This document shows positions 45,418-57,628 of a stretch of DNA of 64,000 nucleotides, one piece after another. Each line of letters opens with the position of its first letter. Positions within the stretch are counted from its first letter, which is position 1. This DNA is from Macrostomum lignano. Lineage: Eukaryota. A program made the translations under genes and the position numbers. The stretch spans positions 124,001 through 188,000 of the forward strand of contig NIVC01000714.1 in NCBI GenBank assembly GCA_002269645.1. Reading direction: 5' to 3'. Below the pieces are notes generated by a model. That model searched no databases. It was not told the origin of the DNA and saw only the letters and a program-made list of their open reading frames with translations.

Positions 45418-46129
45418 CTATTCACATATCACTATCACATAATTTACTAGTCAGTTAATAAATGTGGATTGCCGAACTTAAAGTCAAACGATTTCCAATT
45501 TCCAATTGGAAAAATTCAAGCTTATGAAGTACAAGTAAAGCAACACAAACGGTCGGTGGCCAAACTTTCTACATTCTATCTTGCCTCTGCATATACATGT
45601 GCAAAATTGAAAATAAATTGCTATAAAATGTCAAATAAATTTGACATGTAACAAGAAATTTAGCTTTCTTAGAATTCTTAAAACCCCCCGAAAGATGAAA
45701 ATTCATATTATAAACATTTTCAACGGAACACATTTGTATTATTTACTGCATAGAGACAATGACAAGAATAACAAAAAATCAATGATGGACAAGTGTAAGT
45801 AAAGTATAAATTAGCACAAAGACAATAAAAATGCAAACTTATTTCAACAGATTACTAGCAGTAGCAGCTGCGATCATAAAAGTAAATGAATTAATAGCAC
45901 GCTAATGCACACATGCACATACGAGTACAGTATTGTTATAGACTTTAGCCACAAAAATACAAATACATTTAAACATGATAAATCACCCTTTGAATTAAGA
46001 TAGCTAACTAAAAGACAAACAAGCGAAGATGAATGCTAAAAATACAGGAAAATATGCGCTAAGAATTGTTGTTTTGTTTCTAGATAGAGACAATTCAAGA
46101 ACAGATAGGGGAGAGATGGGGCAGAGAGA

Positions 46130-46665
46130 GTCAGAGAGAGGATCACAGGAGCAGAGGGCCAGAAGGTCAGAGAGGGTCAGAGTCAGGTCAGAGGGGGTCA
46201 GGGGGTCAGAGGATCAGAGGGGGTCAGAGGTTCAGAGGGAGGGTCAGAGGGTCAGATTGAGGGTCAGAGGGTCAGAGGGAGGGTCAGAGGGTCAAAGGGT
46301 CAGATGGAGGGTCAGAGGTTCAGAGGGAGGGTCAGAGGGTCAGAGGGTCAGAGGGAGGGTCAGAGGGTCAGAGGGTCAGAGAGAGGGTCAGAGGGTCATA
46401 GGGGGTCAGGGGGTCAGAGGATCAGAAGGGGTCAGAGGTTCAGAGGGAGGGTCAGAGGTTCAGTTCAGAGGGAGGGTCAGAGGGTCAGATGGAGGGTCAG
46501 AGAGTCAGAGGGAGGGTCAGAGGGTCAGAGGGGGTCAGGGGGTCAGAGGATCAGAGGGGGTCAGAGGTTCAGAGGGAGGGTCAGAGGGTCAGAGGATCAG
46601 AGGGTCAGAGCATCAGAGGGGATCAGAGGTTCAGAGGGAGGGTCAGAGGGTCAGGAGGGTCAGTG
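46130..46665. repeat. (GGTCAGAG/GGGTCAGA)n degenerate array
   Basis: Directly visible; paralogous to 24765-25010. Confidence 0.9.
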
Positions 46666-46691
46666 TCACAGCCAGGAGAGAGCTGTATTGC

Positions 46692-47612
46692 TTAGATTCG
46701 ATCAGTAGGTGCCATCTGGGCAAAGCGTTTAGCGTGAAAGTCGATAATTAGCTGGGGACATTTGACATTGGCCTGCCGGGCCGGCACCAGGTCCAGCTCG
46801 GGGCTGTCCTTCCTGTGAGAAAACGAGTTTGCGATATTTATAAATAAAATTATTCTGCTTGATATTTATTGCCCTGCAAATCAAGAATAGCACTTTTAAA
46901 GATGTCAGGGAGGGCGTAGCCATGTCAGGGAGGGTGTGGCCATGTCAGGGAGGGTGTGGCCATGTCAGGGAGGGTGTAGCCAAAAGGGAGTGTGTAATCT
47001 CCCTGATGGCTACACCCCTGGCACCAGCACAGAGGCGCCAGCACAGAGGCGCCAGCACCAGAGGCGCCAGCACCAGAGGCGCCAGCACCAGAGGCGCCAG
47101 CACCAGAGGCGCCAGCACCAGAGGCGCCAGCACCAGAGGCGCCAGCACCAGAGGCGCCAGCACCAGAGGCGCCAGCACCAGAGGCGCCAGCACCAGAGGC
47201 GCCAGCACCAGAGGCGCCAGACGCCAACATCAACACCAGCTCACCACTTCATGAGCAGCATGAGCTCCCCGCCTTGCCGATGGGTGGATCCCAGCACCCG
47301 TTCAGGCTGCAGGCCCCTCTCAAATCCGCGCTTCTGCTGCTGCTGCTGCCTCCTCGGGGCCGGCCGATTCTTGGCGACAGACTCTGCTTTGGCCCTGTTG
47401 GCCCTCCGCCTGGCCAGGAAGGCCTCAACAGCGGCTGGAGCCGATTTGAGCAGCTCGGCCTCCGACACCCAGTCGGAGCCAGCGGCGCTACCGCCGAGGC
47501 GAACGAGAAACTGCCGCTGACCGTCGGCTGCAGTTCGTCTGACTCGCTCGACGATGCAGTCGGCATCTTTGGCGGCATCGGGCTTTGAACTTTGAGGCTC
47601 GCTGGTGCTCAT
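46692..47612 (-). CDS. CBX: Divergent HP1/chromobox-family protein (degenerate chromodomain plus chromo shadow domain), 2 coding exons
   Basis: Exon 47245-47612 (MSTSEP...DCIVERV...RQFLVRLGG...DWVSEAEL...RGFERGLQPERVLGST...GELMLLMKW) joined by GT-AG phase 2 to exon 46692-46812 (KDSPELDLVPARQANVKCPQLIIDFHAKRF...*); the shadow domain matches HP1 GF.RGLEPE.I.GAT...GELMFLMKWK...DLV.A.EAN.KCPQ.VI.FY. Confidence 0.85.
46905..47220. repeat. 20-bp (CATGTCAGGGAGGGTGTGGC) and 15-bp (GCACCAGAGGCGCCA) arrays in the HP1-like intron
   Basis: Directly visible. Confidence 0.9.
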
Positions 47613-47659
47613 AGCTGGCAGGTGTAACTGGGTTGCAGCTGGAATTTGTGGTGTGTGCA

Positions 47660-48050
47660 GCAACTGAGGATCTGAGAGGCTGGCCCAGCAACTGAGGATC
47701 TCTGAGAGGCTGGCCCAGCAACTGAGGATCTGGGAGGCTGGCCCAGCAACTGAGGATCTCTGAGAGGCTGGCCCAGAAACTGAGGATCTGGGAGGCTGGC
47801 CCAGCAACTGAGGATCTGGGAGGCTGGCCCAGCAACTGAGGATCTGGGAGGCTGGCCCAGCAATTGAGGATCTGGGAGGCTGGCCCAGCAACTGAGGATC
47901 TGGGAGGCTGGCCCAGCAACTGAGGATCTGGGAGGCTGGCCCAGCAACTGAGGATCTCTGAGAGGCTGGCCCAGAAACTGAGGATCTGGGAGGCTGGCCC
48001 AGCAACTGAGGATCTGGGAGGCTGGCCCAGCAACTGAGGATCTGGGAGGC
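47660..48050. repeat. 28-bp tandem repeat (CAGCAACTGAGGATCTGGGAGGCTGGCC)n upstream of the HP1-like ATG
   Basis: Directly visible, with 30-bp variants. Confidence 0.9.
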
Positions 48051-48339
48051 TAGTCTATTAATGTTAACAGTAGGTGAAAAATGAGACTTGAACAAGTTTT
48101 TTTAATAATCAACAATAATCAAATTAAAATCCAAATCCAGTGACAGTACAACTAACTGTGTATATATCTCGTTAGCAGTATGATTTATAATTTATAAAAA
48201 CGGCTAAAATACGCAACAGAACAGAATCGCACTCACACGATATCAAATCGTTTAAAAATGATTAGATAAATTATTATAGTTCATAGTTATAGTTTGGCAA
48301 AGCTATTTGCTTAAAGTAATTGATCAAAGTTGGGGATGC

Positions 48340-51300
48340 TCAAAGCCGGGACGGCATGCCGCCGCTCACTATGACGGTCTCGCCGGTGATGTAGCGGGCC
48401 TCGTCGCTGCACAGGAACGACACCAACGGTGCGCAGTCTTCCGGCTGGCCGAACCGGCCAATGGGGATCTGGGACAGGGCCTGGCTGGATACCAGCTCGT
48501 TGGTGGTGAGCTGCGGATGACGGGGCGGGCTATTGCAGGTGAGCACTGGCTTACTGCTGGCTTACTCATTGCAGACAGACCCAGCCAGACACACAGGCAC
48601 TCACAGCAGTGCTAAACTTGGTATCAATGATGCCGGGCGCGATGCAGTTAACGCGGATGCTGGGCGCCAGCTCGCTAGCCAGAGCCTTGGTGAGGCCCAA
48701 CAGGGCTGTCTTAGTCACAGAATAGGCACCAATTAACTGAGGAAAATAAAATCGTAACATTTATGAAATTGATCAGTTCTACGTTACTTCTTGTACTATA
48801 TTAAACAGGCGCTAAGAATTTCCAGAAAAAAAACAGCAAAAGAAAAACTCTCTCTCACCGGAAGAGGATGAAATCCTGCAATTGAGGATACAAAGCAGAT
48901 GGCGCCTCCACTGGAATGTACAAAAATTAAGTTGTTGTGAACCCAGGACCATATAATATCAGAATTTGGCTTAAATCCTATGATATTAGGTACTATTTTA
49001 CAATTACAATATGTAGAATTATTATATTCAATATTTAATAGCAGTACCTGGGATTTACATGGGATTAAAAGTTTTTAAAAATAATTATAAATGACAATTT
49101 TTATAATATCAATAAATTAGTTAAAAGCATTCACTCAATAATAACTTTGTACTTACTTGTTCATATGCGGAAACACCTCTTTGACAAGCATGAAAGCACT
49201 TTTTATGTTGATGTCTAGCATCTTCTCAAAGGAATTCTCATCTGTCTACAAATTAAGTGATTTTTAGATATTTTATATGGATAACAAAACTTATTAATAA
49301 TAGACTAGATTAATACATAATTGCATAATTAATAACTTACATTTAGCAGAGGACCAAATGTTGGATTAACTGCAGCATTAGACACTAAAATGTCAATTTT
49401 GCCAAACTGTTGCACAGTCTAAAATATCAAAAAGGTGCAAATTCAATTAAGATAATGCCAGCAACAGGTTGTGCTACTACTAGTATTGTTCATCACTAGT
49501 GTTGGCTCATTGAATTTTTAGATGCTTTGCAATATTAATTTTAGAAAGTGATTATGCAATATTATTACCTTCCTCAGTTGTTCCAGCCTAAATCTGCCAT
49601 GTACATTTCAGTGGCTAATTTACATCATGGCTAAACCAATTAGCAAGCTGTTTACGACTGCAAGCTTGGGCTTCTCAACTTATCAAAGTCTTTTCAGCTG
49701 CCTTTTTCTAATAAAATAGCTTATATTCTTCATTGCTACTGAACTGAAAGTAGAAAGCTATTTTGCTAAGTATATATGCCTGAAAGGCCTATCTAGTTAT
49801 TCTAGAATCTATGGTTTAAACTAAGTTACACAAATGCATGGCCAATGAATTTCAAAGGTTGCATTTATATGATATTGTTTAATTACTTAGACAATTTTAC
49901 TTATTAAATTTTGCTTAGGCTATTTTGACTTTCACATATCAATCATGCCTAATCATATATTTTATAAATGTCAGACTGTTTTCTTGTTGAATAATATTTA
50001 CATTTTTATAGAAAATTTACCTCAATTCACCATGTAAATAGATATTTTTGCATTGCTAGTATTCAGTATACAGTATTTGTTCCCTCCATCCCTACCCAAG
50101 TTATAGCCATAAAACAAAACATGAAGGTTTTAATCCTTTGCATTAGTTTAGTAGTTGCAACATGGAAATATTTTGAGCCTTCACCTTTGTTGTGATTACT
50201 GAAGCCCATAGGAGAGAAGGGTGATAGGCTAGTGAGGTATATAGCCCTTGTAAGAAGGAATTTTAGCAAAAGGATATAAAATAAAATAAAAACATATTTC
50301 TTAAATTAGAAAAATGAAGCAACACTTGCAAAATATTGGTTTAAGCAATTTGCTACTTAAGAACATTTGCTTAAAATTCAATTTCTTTGTTACATTGGAT
50401 ACATATTCTGTTTCTTAGAAATGCTTTTGTAAAACAATGAGTAAAGCTTTTTTCAATATATACATGGAGTTATTTTAGTAGAGGTTAACTAACTAGTCTA
50501 TTTTTTTCAATTTAACTAGGCCTATAAAAACAACTTATGTACCTATTTTTTCTGTCATTCCCAAATCTTAGGAATACATGTATGCTAGAAAATTCTAGCA
50601 TAGGCCTACAATGGACCTGAAAATATGCTTGGTGTATAATAATTGGTGTACCACTATAGCATGTGTTGGTATATGGTATGGCATAATAATAAATACTTTA
50701 AAATTTTTTTGTAAAAAATGTTAAAACAAAGTAAAAATGAAAACAATATCTACAATGATAACTATTTATTTATTTAAAGATTCTTCTATCTAAAAAAGCT
50801 TTAAAATAAGACCAAAAATCTGAATTAAAATTTGGCATAGTGACATAATTTTGTTCCAACATATATATCATGTACAATTTTTGGCATAATCTTAAATTTA
50901 TGGAACACAATAAGGGTTCATTTTTTCTAGCATACTTTGCAATAGATTTGAAAATCTTCATTTTACCATTTGATGAAATGACTAGACTATTTGACAAAAT
51001 GGATTTGATGAAAAGATTTTTAATGAAATGACCTAGAACTAGAACCAGATATATAGAAGGGGAAGGCATGATTTACCTAGTGAGCACTACACTTTGGATC
51101 ATGAAGTATATGCTCTAAAAATTAAGCTATGGAGTAAGCAAAAAGCTTGTTTCAAAAGTGTTTCAAAACTAAGAATAGGCTTTTTATGCTACTACTAGGC
51201 CTTTAGTAATGTAATATGAAAGTGACAATGACAAAAATTAAAAATTAACATATTTTAAAATTGAACTTTTAATCAATTAATTAATAGTTAAGTTGATCAT

Positions 51301-54300
51301 ATAGTTTAGAAAGCAACATGTATACCAAGAAATCCCAGCATACAATAAGGATACCTACCATTTTTAGCATACATTAGCATACATCCTCCTAATACTAAAA
51401 CCAACGCAATGTTTGTCTGTCTGTATGTTGTAAGTGAATGCCTACTATACTGCCAAGTCAGCGTTGAAACTTATATGGGAAAACTGCAAATTTTCCAGAT
51501 CAGGCTTTAGGCTATTTTAATTGTTAATTTTCACATTCTAACATCCCTAAAAAAGCAGAAAACTGCTTTTTTTAACCCCCAATAACCTTCTTTGCCACTC
51601 TGCCTGGGGCTGCAGCCAGTTTGTAAAAAAATCAGCCTAACCTCTGCCCGCGAATTGCTGTGTACTAGGGGGGGGGGGGGGGTTCTGCGTTCAATGCAAA
51701 TAAACCCCCCCCCCCGCATATTGGGGGTTGAGTTAAATTTAATGATTTCCCTGGAACGGGGGGGGGGGTTGGGCTTGGGCTGAGTGTACATAGCAGTTGT
51801 ACAGTGTAAACAGATAGATAGGACTGTGCTGAGATTCAATTGGTTGAATCTCAATTGGTGAAATAATTACAGTAGCCAGAGTTAAATAGCTGGGCATTGG
51901 CAGTGAAATTCAATGAACAAATTTGCGAAGTTGCGAGCCTCTTAGGCAAGCAGTCAAGAAATTGGGAAATTTCAAATGCTAATTGTTCCTTGAGTTTTAA
52001 GCTTTCAGAGGAGAGAGAGACTTATATTGCTGGAAAGAGCTTGCAACACTGAGTTTAGGGATATAAGTTTCTTGCTTTAAACATGTAAACTAAAAGCACA
52101 GGATTCGAAAAAAACATCATTCTTTAAATTTTCTGACACATGTTCTGCATACAATTCAATTAAAACCCCCATGTTGGGGTGGCAACGATAGGGTTCAGTG
52201 AATGCAGTGAAGATAGCAAATGAAAGAAGTATGAAATAATGGTAACCCTAACCCTAACCCTAACTTTAACCCTAACCACTGACGCCTAAATGTAGAGGCG
52301 TAGAGGCGCAGAGGCGCCTCTAACTTGAATATTTTTAAGTATGGAAAGCATCTTTTGGATCCCTATATAGCAGTCTTGATGGACTGCAATTTCATGGAGA
52401 TGTCGGGTATTATTTGATGAAGTTCTGTTTCACGAAGACGATTTTGATGGCTTTCAGTTTCTCAAAGAAAATTTTGATAGATTTCTGTTTCACAGAGAGA
52501 ATTTTGATGGATTTCTGTTTGACAGAGAGGATTTCAATGGATTTGGCACCTTGAGTCAATCAGAGAAAAGAGAAAAGAGATGATAGAAAAGAGAGTAGAT
52601 ATGAGAGAGGAGAGATTAGAGATGACATATAGGAGAGAATAGGAGAGTAAGGCAAGAATGAAGAGGGAGAGAGAAGAGAAGAGGAGAGAGGAGATAAGAG
52701 GGGAGATATGAGATAGCAGAGAGAGACGGGAGAGATTTGAGGAGAAAAGAGAGGAGGGATAAGAGTGTATAGAGGAAATAGAAGAGAGTAGAGAGTAGAG
52801 GAGAAAGAAAAGTGAGATGAAGGATGAGAGATGAGAGGAGAGGAGAAAGGAGAGAGAAGATATGAGAAAAGAGGGGAGAAAAGATACAGGAGAGAGTAGA
52901 GATGAAAGACCAGGGAAAAGAGATAAATGAGGGAGTAGAGATGAGAGGAGAGAGAGGAGACGACGGATAAAAGCATACAGAGGAAATACAAGAGAGAGGG
53001 GAGAGTAGAGGAGAAAGAAAGAGTGAGATGAGGGATGAGAGATGAGAGAGGAGGGGAGAGAGAAGAGAGGAGAAAAGAGGGGAGAAATGAGACAGGAGAG
53101 AGTAGAGATGAAAGACCAGGGAGAAGATATAAATAAGGTAGTAGAGATGAGAGGAGAGAGAGAAGAGAGATGAAGATCAGACATGGGAGAAATGAAAGAG
53201 TAGAAAGGAGAAATTATTGAGGAGAAGGAAGAGGGTAAAGATAAGAGTGCAGAGAGGAGAGATAAGAGATGCAATGAGAAAAGAGATGAGTGAGAAAATA
53301 AGAGAGAGAGATTTGAGAAGATAGGGGAGAAGATAAGAGGAGAAAGGAAAGGAGAGAAGAGAGAATGGAGAGGAGAGAAAAGAGAGGAAACAGGAGACAT
53401 TAGAAAGGAGGGCAGAAAGATGGGAGATAAGAAAGGAGAGGGTGATATGAGTTATGAGAGATATGAGATATGAGAGCAGAGACATGAGAGTCCAAGTCTA
53501 GACAATGCCAGTGAGTTTTTGCAAACAGGGAAAACAAGAAATCTGGTATTTAAAATGCATTGTAGAGGATTTGGAGATGATTTGGAAGATGGGATTCAAG
53601 TTATGGAATTTTAGCTGATGGGAGTTCTTCCCCTTTCTCCTCCAAAGGAGAAGTTCCACTTGTAGCATATATAACCTTTAAGTCTATGAGATAGTAGAAC
53701 ATTTTTGGCTTAGATCTATAATATATCTATATACATATTTATTAGAATCAAATAAAGTAACTTTACATAAAATACACTATATGCAATACTATCAAAATCA
53801 TCAACATGGATTCATAGAACAAGGAATAAAAAAAATTGAACTTTGTGCCCTAAAAACTTTTAATTTTTATCCTAATTTTTAGCAAATAAAAGTATTTAGA
53901 ATATTTCTTTTATAATTGTCTTTTTTTAAAGTTAGTGCATATTGAAAAGTGCATATTTTTAAGTTTGTTACTGTGCATGAATAATAAATTCAAAAATAAA
54001 AAGTGTACAACTTTGGTATACAAAGTTGAAAACATTTTTCTGTCCTAGCATATGGAATTTACAAATATGATCCAGTACTTTTGCTCCCACTGGACCCACT
54101 ATACACTAATACACAATTTAAACTATACAAAATCTATTGTATTATGTAATAGGCTTTGTTTTTAATAAACACATTTTTATATTTCTTAGAAACTTATCAA
54201 ATTCGAAAAGTATTACTTTGTTGTGTTGAACGAATATTAGAAATATTTTGTTTATTTTGTATATTTTGTATATTTTTTGTATGATGATTTATTTAAAACA

Positions 54301-55594
54301 GTAATGAAATTTTTACGGGGCCATCTGAGGGCCTGACCAAAATAAAGGTTTTGCATTGGCTTCTTCCTTTCTCACCTTTGAGCTCAAAGCTTCGATTGTG
54401 CAGATAAAATTCGATCAACCATTGGGCTTGCAATCACTTGTGTTACTTATTTCAAGTAGTAGATAGTGACTTAGGAATCACCCCAAGAGTGGGAGTTCAG
54501 TCTGTTCTCAGAGAATAAGAAATCCTAGACTTATGAGTCTAGTAACCTGCCTTTAGAAGGCAGAAATCCTACCACAGAGTAGAGAAATCCAGGCTTAGAG
54601 TCTGAGAAACCCACCTCAGGGCAGAAACCCAGCAAAGTGTGCTGACCCTTTGTCCCTATGATCCTGGGAATGCCCAGGACTGAGAGAAACCCTCTTAGAG
54701 GAGAGAACTGGGGGATATATATAGAATTAAAGATATAGTGCCATTAGATTGCTCAGGCCAGAAAGTACAATAGAAGTACAGACGCTACCAATAAAAGTAC
54801 ATACACTATCAATAGTAACATAGAAGTACATGTGCTACTAGTAAAAGGCAAGTAATAACCAGTAAGATTAATAAGAAGAAGTAACCCCTAAGACAACTTT
54901 GGTGGCAGCTTTAAGACATTAGGAGTTAGAAAAGTAGCTTTACAACAGCTGGTGACTTAGCAGTAGGATTCATTAGAGAGAGAACAACAACCCCTGTTAT
55001 AGCTTTTGGTCCCAGCAGTGGGATAGCCAGAGAAGGAAGCATACCCCCTGTTACAGCTTTTGGTGGCTAATCGGTAGGATTTTGTATCGTACAGAAACAC
55101 CCCTGTTACAATTGCATACCTACCTACAAACAACTCATTTTTAGAAGCTATATAGGATGAATTGATACTAATAAGGCCTAGTGATACTAATAAGTGATAT
55201 TAACTAATGATAAGCCTTGTCTTGGCCTACTTAAAGTTAATGATTAAGAATAAAGGCTATAAACAATAGGCCTAGTCTAGACTAGGCGTATTATATCCAG
55301 ACAGTTAGATATTACTATAGGATAGCATAGAGATAGGTTTAGGCCCATGCCCAAGCCTACCTTGTCAATGAGTGCAACTCTGTCACTTGTTTTACCAACA
55401 TGGCAAGGGACACCAATGCAGGTTCCGCCATCAACAAACTTTTCTAGTTTCTTCAGTGCATTGTTAACATTTGATTCTTTTCTACTGCTAACTGCTACTT
55501 TAGCTCCATCCTCGCATAGCTGTTTCGCTATAGCAAATCCAATTCCTTCAGTGGACGCAGTGACAACAGCTACTTTATTTAATAGCCGCGACAT
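48340..55594 (-). CDS. DHRS4: Dehydrogenase/reductase SDR family member 4 (peroxisomal), 6 exons
   Basis: Phase-consistent exons 55361-55594, 49341-49418, 49157-49245, 48859-48910, 48605-48736, 48340-48510. Motifs [29 protein letters not shown], catalytic [23 protein letters not shown]-like RYITGET, C-terminal PTS1 -SRL. Confidence 0.93.
52243..52278. repeat. Short interstitial telomere-like (CCCTAA)n
   Basis: AACCCTAACCCTAACCCTAACTTTAACCCTAACC visible. Confidence 0.7.
52530..53480. repeat. Purine-rich (GA-type) low-complexity tract in DHRS4 intron 1
   Basis: Directly visible. Confidence 0.9.
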
Positions 55595-56029
55595 AATTAA
55601 TTATATGAGTAAAAAACAACAGTATGCTTCTCAATCGAAACTAAAAAAGCTTATTTTTGTGTCGATCTTGGCCTATTTAATTATCGCATCGATGCATCGA
55701 TGTAGTACTCTCAAAAGTCACAAAAACATTACTTAGTAAGTTTTTCTACCATACTTTTAAACGTAACCTAGTTTCTTAGAATTAATCATTTAAGCAAATT
55801 TAGTGTAAAAATATAAAAACACTCGTTCTAGCTTTTCTGATTTGCTAGAATAAAGTTTTAATTACAGCCAAGTACTCGAAGTTATTGTTGTAGCACATAA
55901 ATAATTCCTTACCAACGAATCTATTTTTTGTTAGAGTAGATATTTCATCGAGCCATAGTTATCAGTTCTGGAGTTTTTGCTCTGTCTCTCGGGGTGCTGG
56001 GATTTTAGCAGTGTTGAAGTCAAATGATC

Positions 56030-56640
56030 AAATCGGAGGCCCCTTGCGCGCACGCGCTCGCAAAACAGGCGGGAGGAGCAGGCAGCAGCAGCCTGAGGGG
56101 TCAGGTCAAGCGTCTGCACGTCAGCGATGAGGCAGTCCGTTAGAGTGGCAGTGCGGGCCTGGCCGCGGCGCAATTGCTCGGTGGTCGGCCGGTGCAGCAT
56201 GGCCAGGGCCAGAGGGACGGGCGCAACGCGACCCAGGGTCCGTAAGGCAGTGGCCCAGCAGCATCTGGCGGCCCCGGCGCAGACTAGCGCTCAGGGGCGG
56301 AGTTCAGCGCGGGCCATCAGAGCGTTGGTCGGCAGGCGATCCGGGTAGTGCACGCCCAGCGCGTAGCACAGCAGCGATCGGTAAAGCGCGTCCAAGGCTC
56401 GCTCTCGAGTTTCGGTCAGCGGCACAGCCTCCATGCCGTACAGCAGGATCGGCTCGATGGCCGCGCGGAACAGGCGCACCTTCAGGTCGTCTCTGGCAGC
56501 TGAATTAAAAACGTTTCTGAGGAGGTGCTCGGCGCGCCAGGCCAGCTGGTTCCTCCTGTCGGAGACAATCGCATCGGGGCTCATCACCAGGGCGCCGAGG
56601 TAGTACCGGAAGTCCTCGCACACCGCGATGCAGTCTCCAC
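56030..56640 (-). mobile_element. RTE-type LINE, 3' RT/C-terminal fragment
   Basis: VCEDFRYYLGA...LKVRLFRAAIEPILLYGMEAVPLT...ALDALYRSLL...RRGQARTATL, the same clade signature as 30530-32600. Confidence 0.8.
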
Positions 56641-57062
56641 TCGCCACTGACAACTGCCGCCATAGTGCTGCCTGGAGGGCCATCAACCAGCTGACTGGCA
56701 GGAAGCCCAGGCCCAAAACCATCGTCGGCACTGATTCCACCGAGCACCGCAAGGCCCGCAAAGCATTTCGTGGGAAATTCGTTGGAGGCCGATTTTCGTA
56801 ATGCAATGCATAGCCGAAATAGAAGTATAGTTTACATGCTTTATAATCGTTGCAAGATATTATCGACCAGTGTAGATTTTGAACTGTTGAATTCCGAGTT
56901 AGTTAACTAATTGATGTCTTAAATGAAAGGGCATATGTTACTGCTTATTCTGCGCAAAAACAAGCATTTTACGATCAATAGCGTACACAGGAGATACTCG
57001 TACATTGAAAAATCGGCCTTCAATGAAATTTTCATCAATTCTGAGTCTTGCGTCCTGGGTCC

Positions 57063-57620
57063 ATGAGAATTGCCCGCAGACAAATTGCCCGCCGAGATTT
57101 GCCCGCAGGAGATTTGCCCGTGGAGATTTGCCCGCCGAGCTTTTCCCGCGGAGATTTGCCCGCAATGCATTTTGCCCGTGAGCGAATTGCCCGCCGAGAA
57201 TTGCCCGCCGAGATTTGCCCGCCGAGATTTTCCCGCCGAGATTTGCCCGCAGTGCAATTTGCCCGCGAGCGAGTTGCCCGCCGAGTTTTTTTCCCGCCGA
57301 GGTTTGCCCGCAATGCTTTCTTCCTGCAGCGCATTTAGCGACGCGGCAGATTTTGTCTGCATTGCCTTCCCAATGCTTAGTACGTGTTAATCTCAATAAA
57401 GAGATTTACACGATCAAAACGTTTTGATAGTAACTGCATATCAAATGCATATTTTTTTTGGGGGGGGGGGCAATGCAGACAGAATCTAGCTGCCAAATGC
57501 ACTGCAGGAAAAAAGCATTGCGGGCAAACCTCGGCGGGAAAAAACTCGGCGGGCAACTCGCTCGCGGGCAAATTGCACTGCGGGCAAATCTCCACGGGCA
57601 ATTCGCTCACGGGCATTTCT
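57063..57620. mobile_element. Foldback-like element built of inverted arrays of (TT)GCCCGC repeats
   Basis: 57170-57340 is the reverse complement of 57490-57615; abuts the truncated 5' LTR of the Gypsy element. Confidence 0.65.
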
Positions 57621-57628
57621 CGTGCTCC

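Noticed and set aside
54480-55130. Possible decayed LTR/PBS (..AAGACA ACTTTGGTGGCAGC) with three CCCCTGTTACA repeats in DHRS4 intron 1
   Set aside because: No LTR boundaries, TSD or coding remnants could be established by eye.
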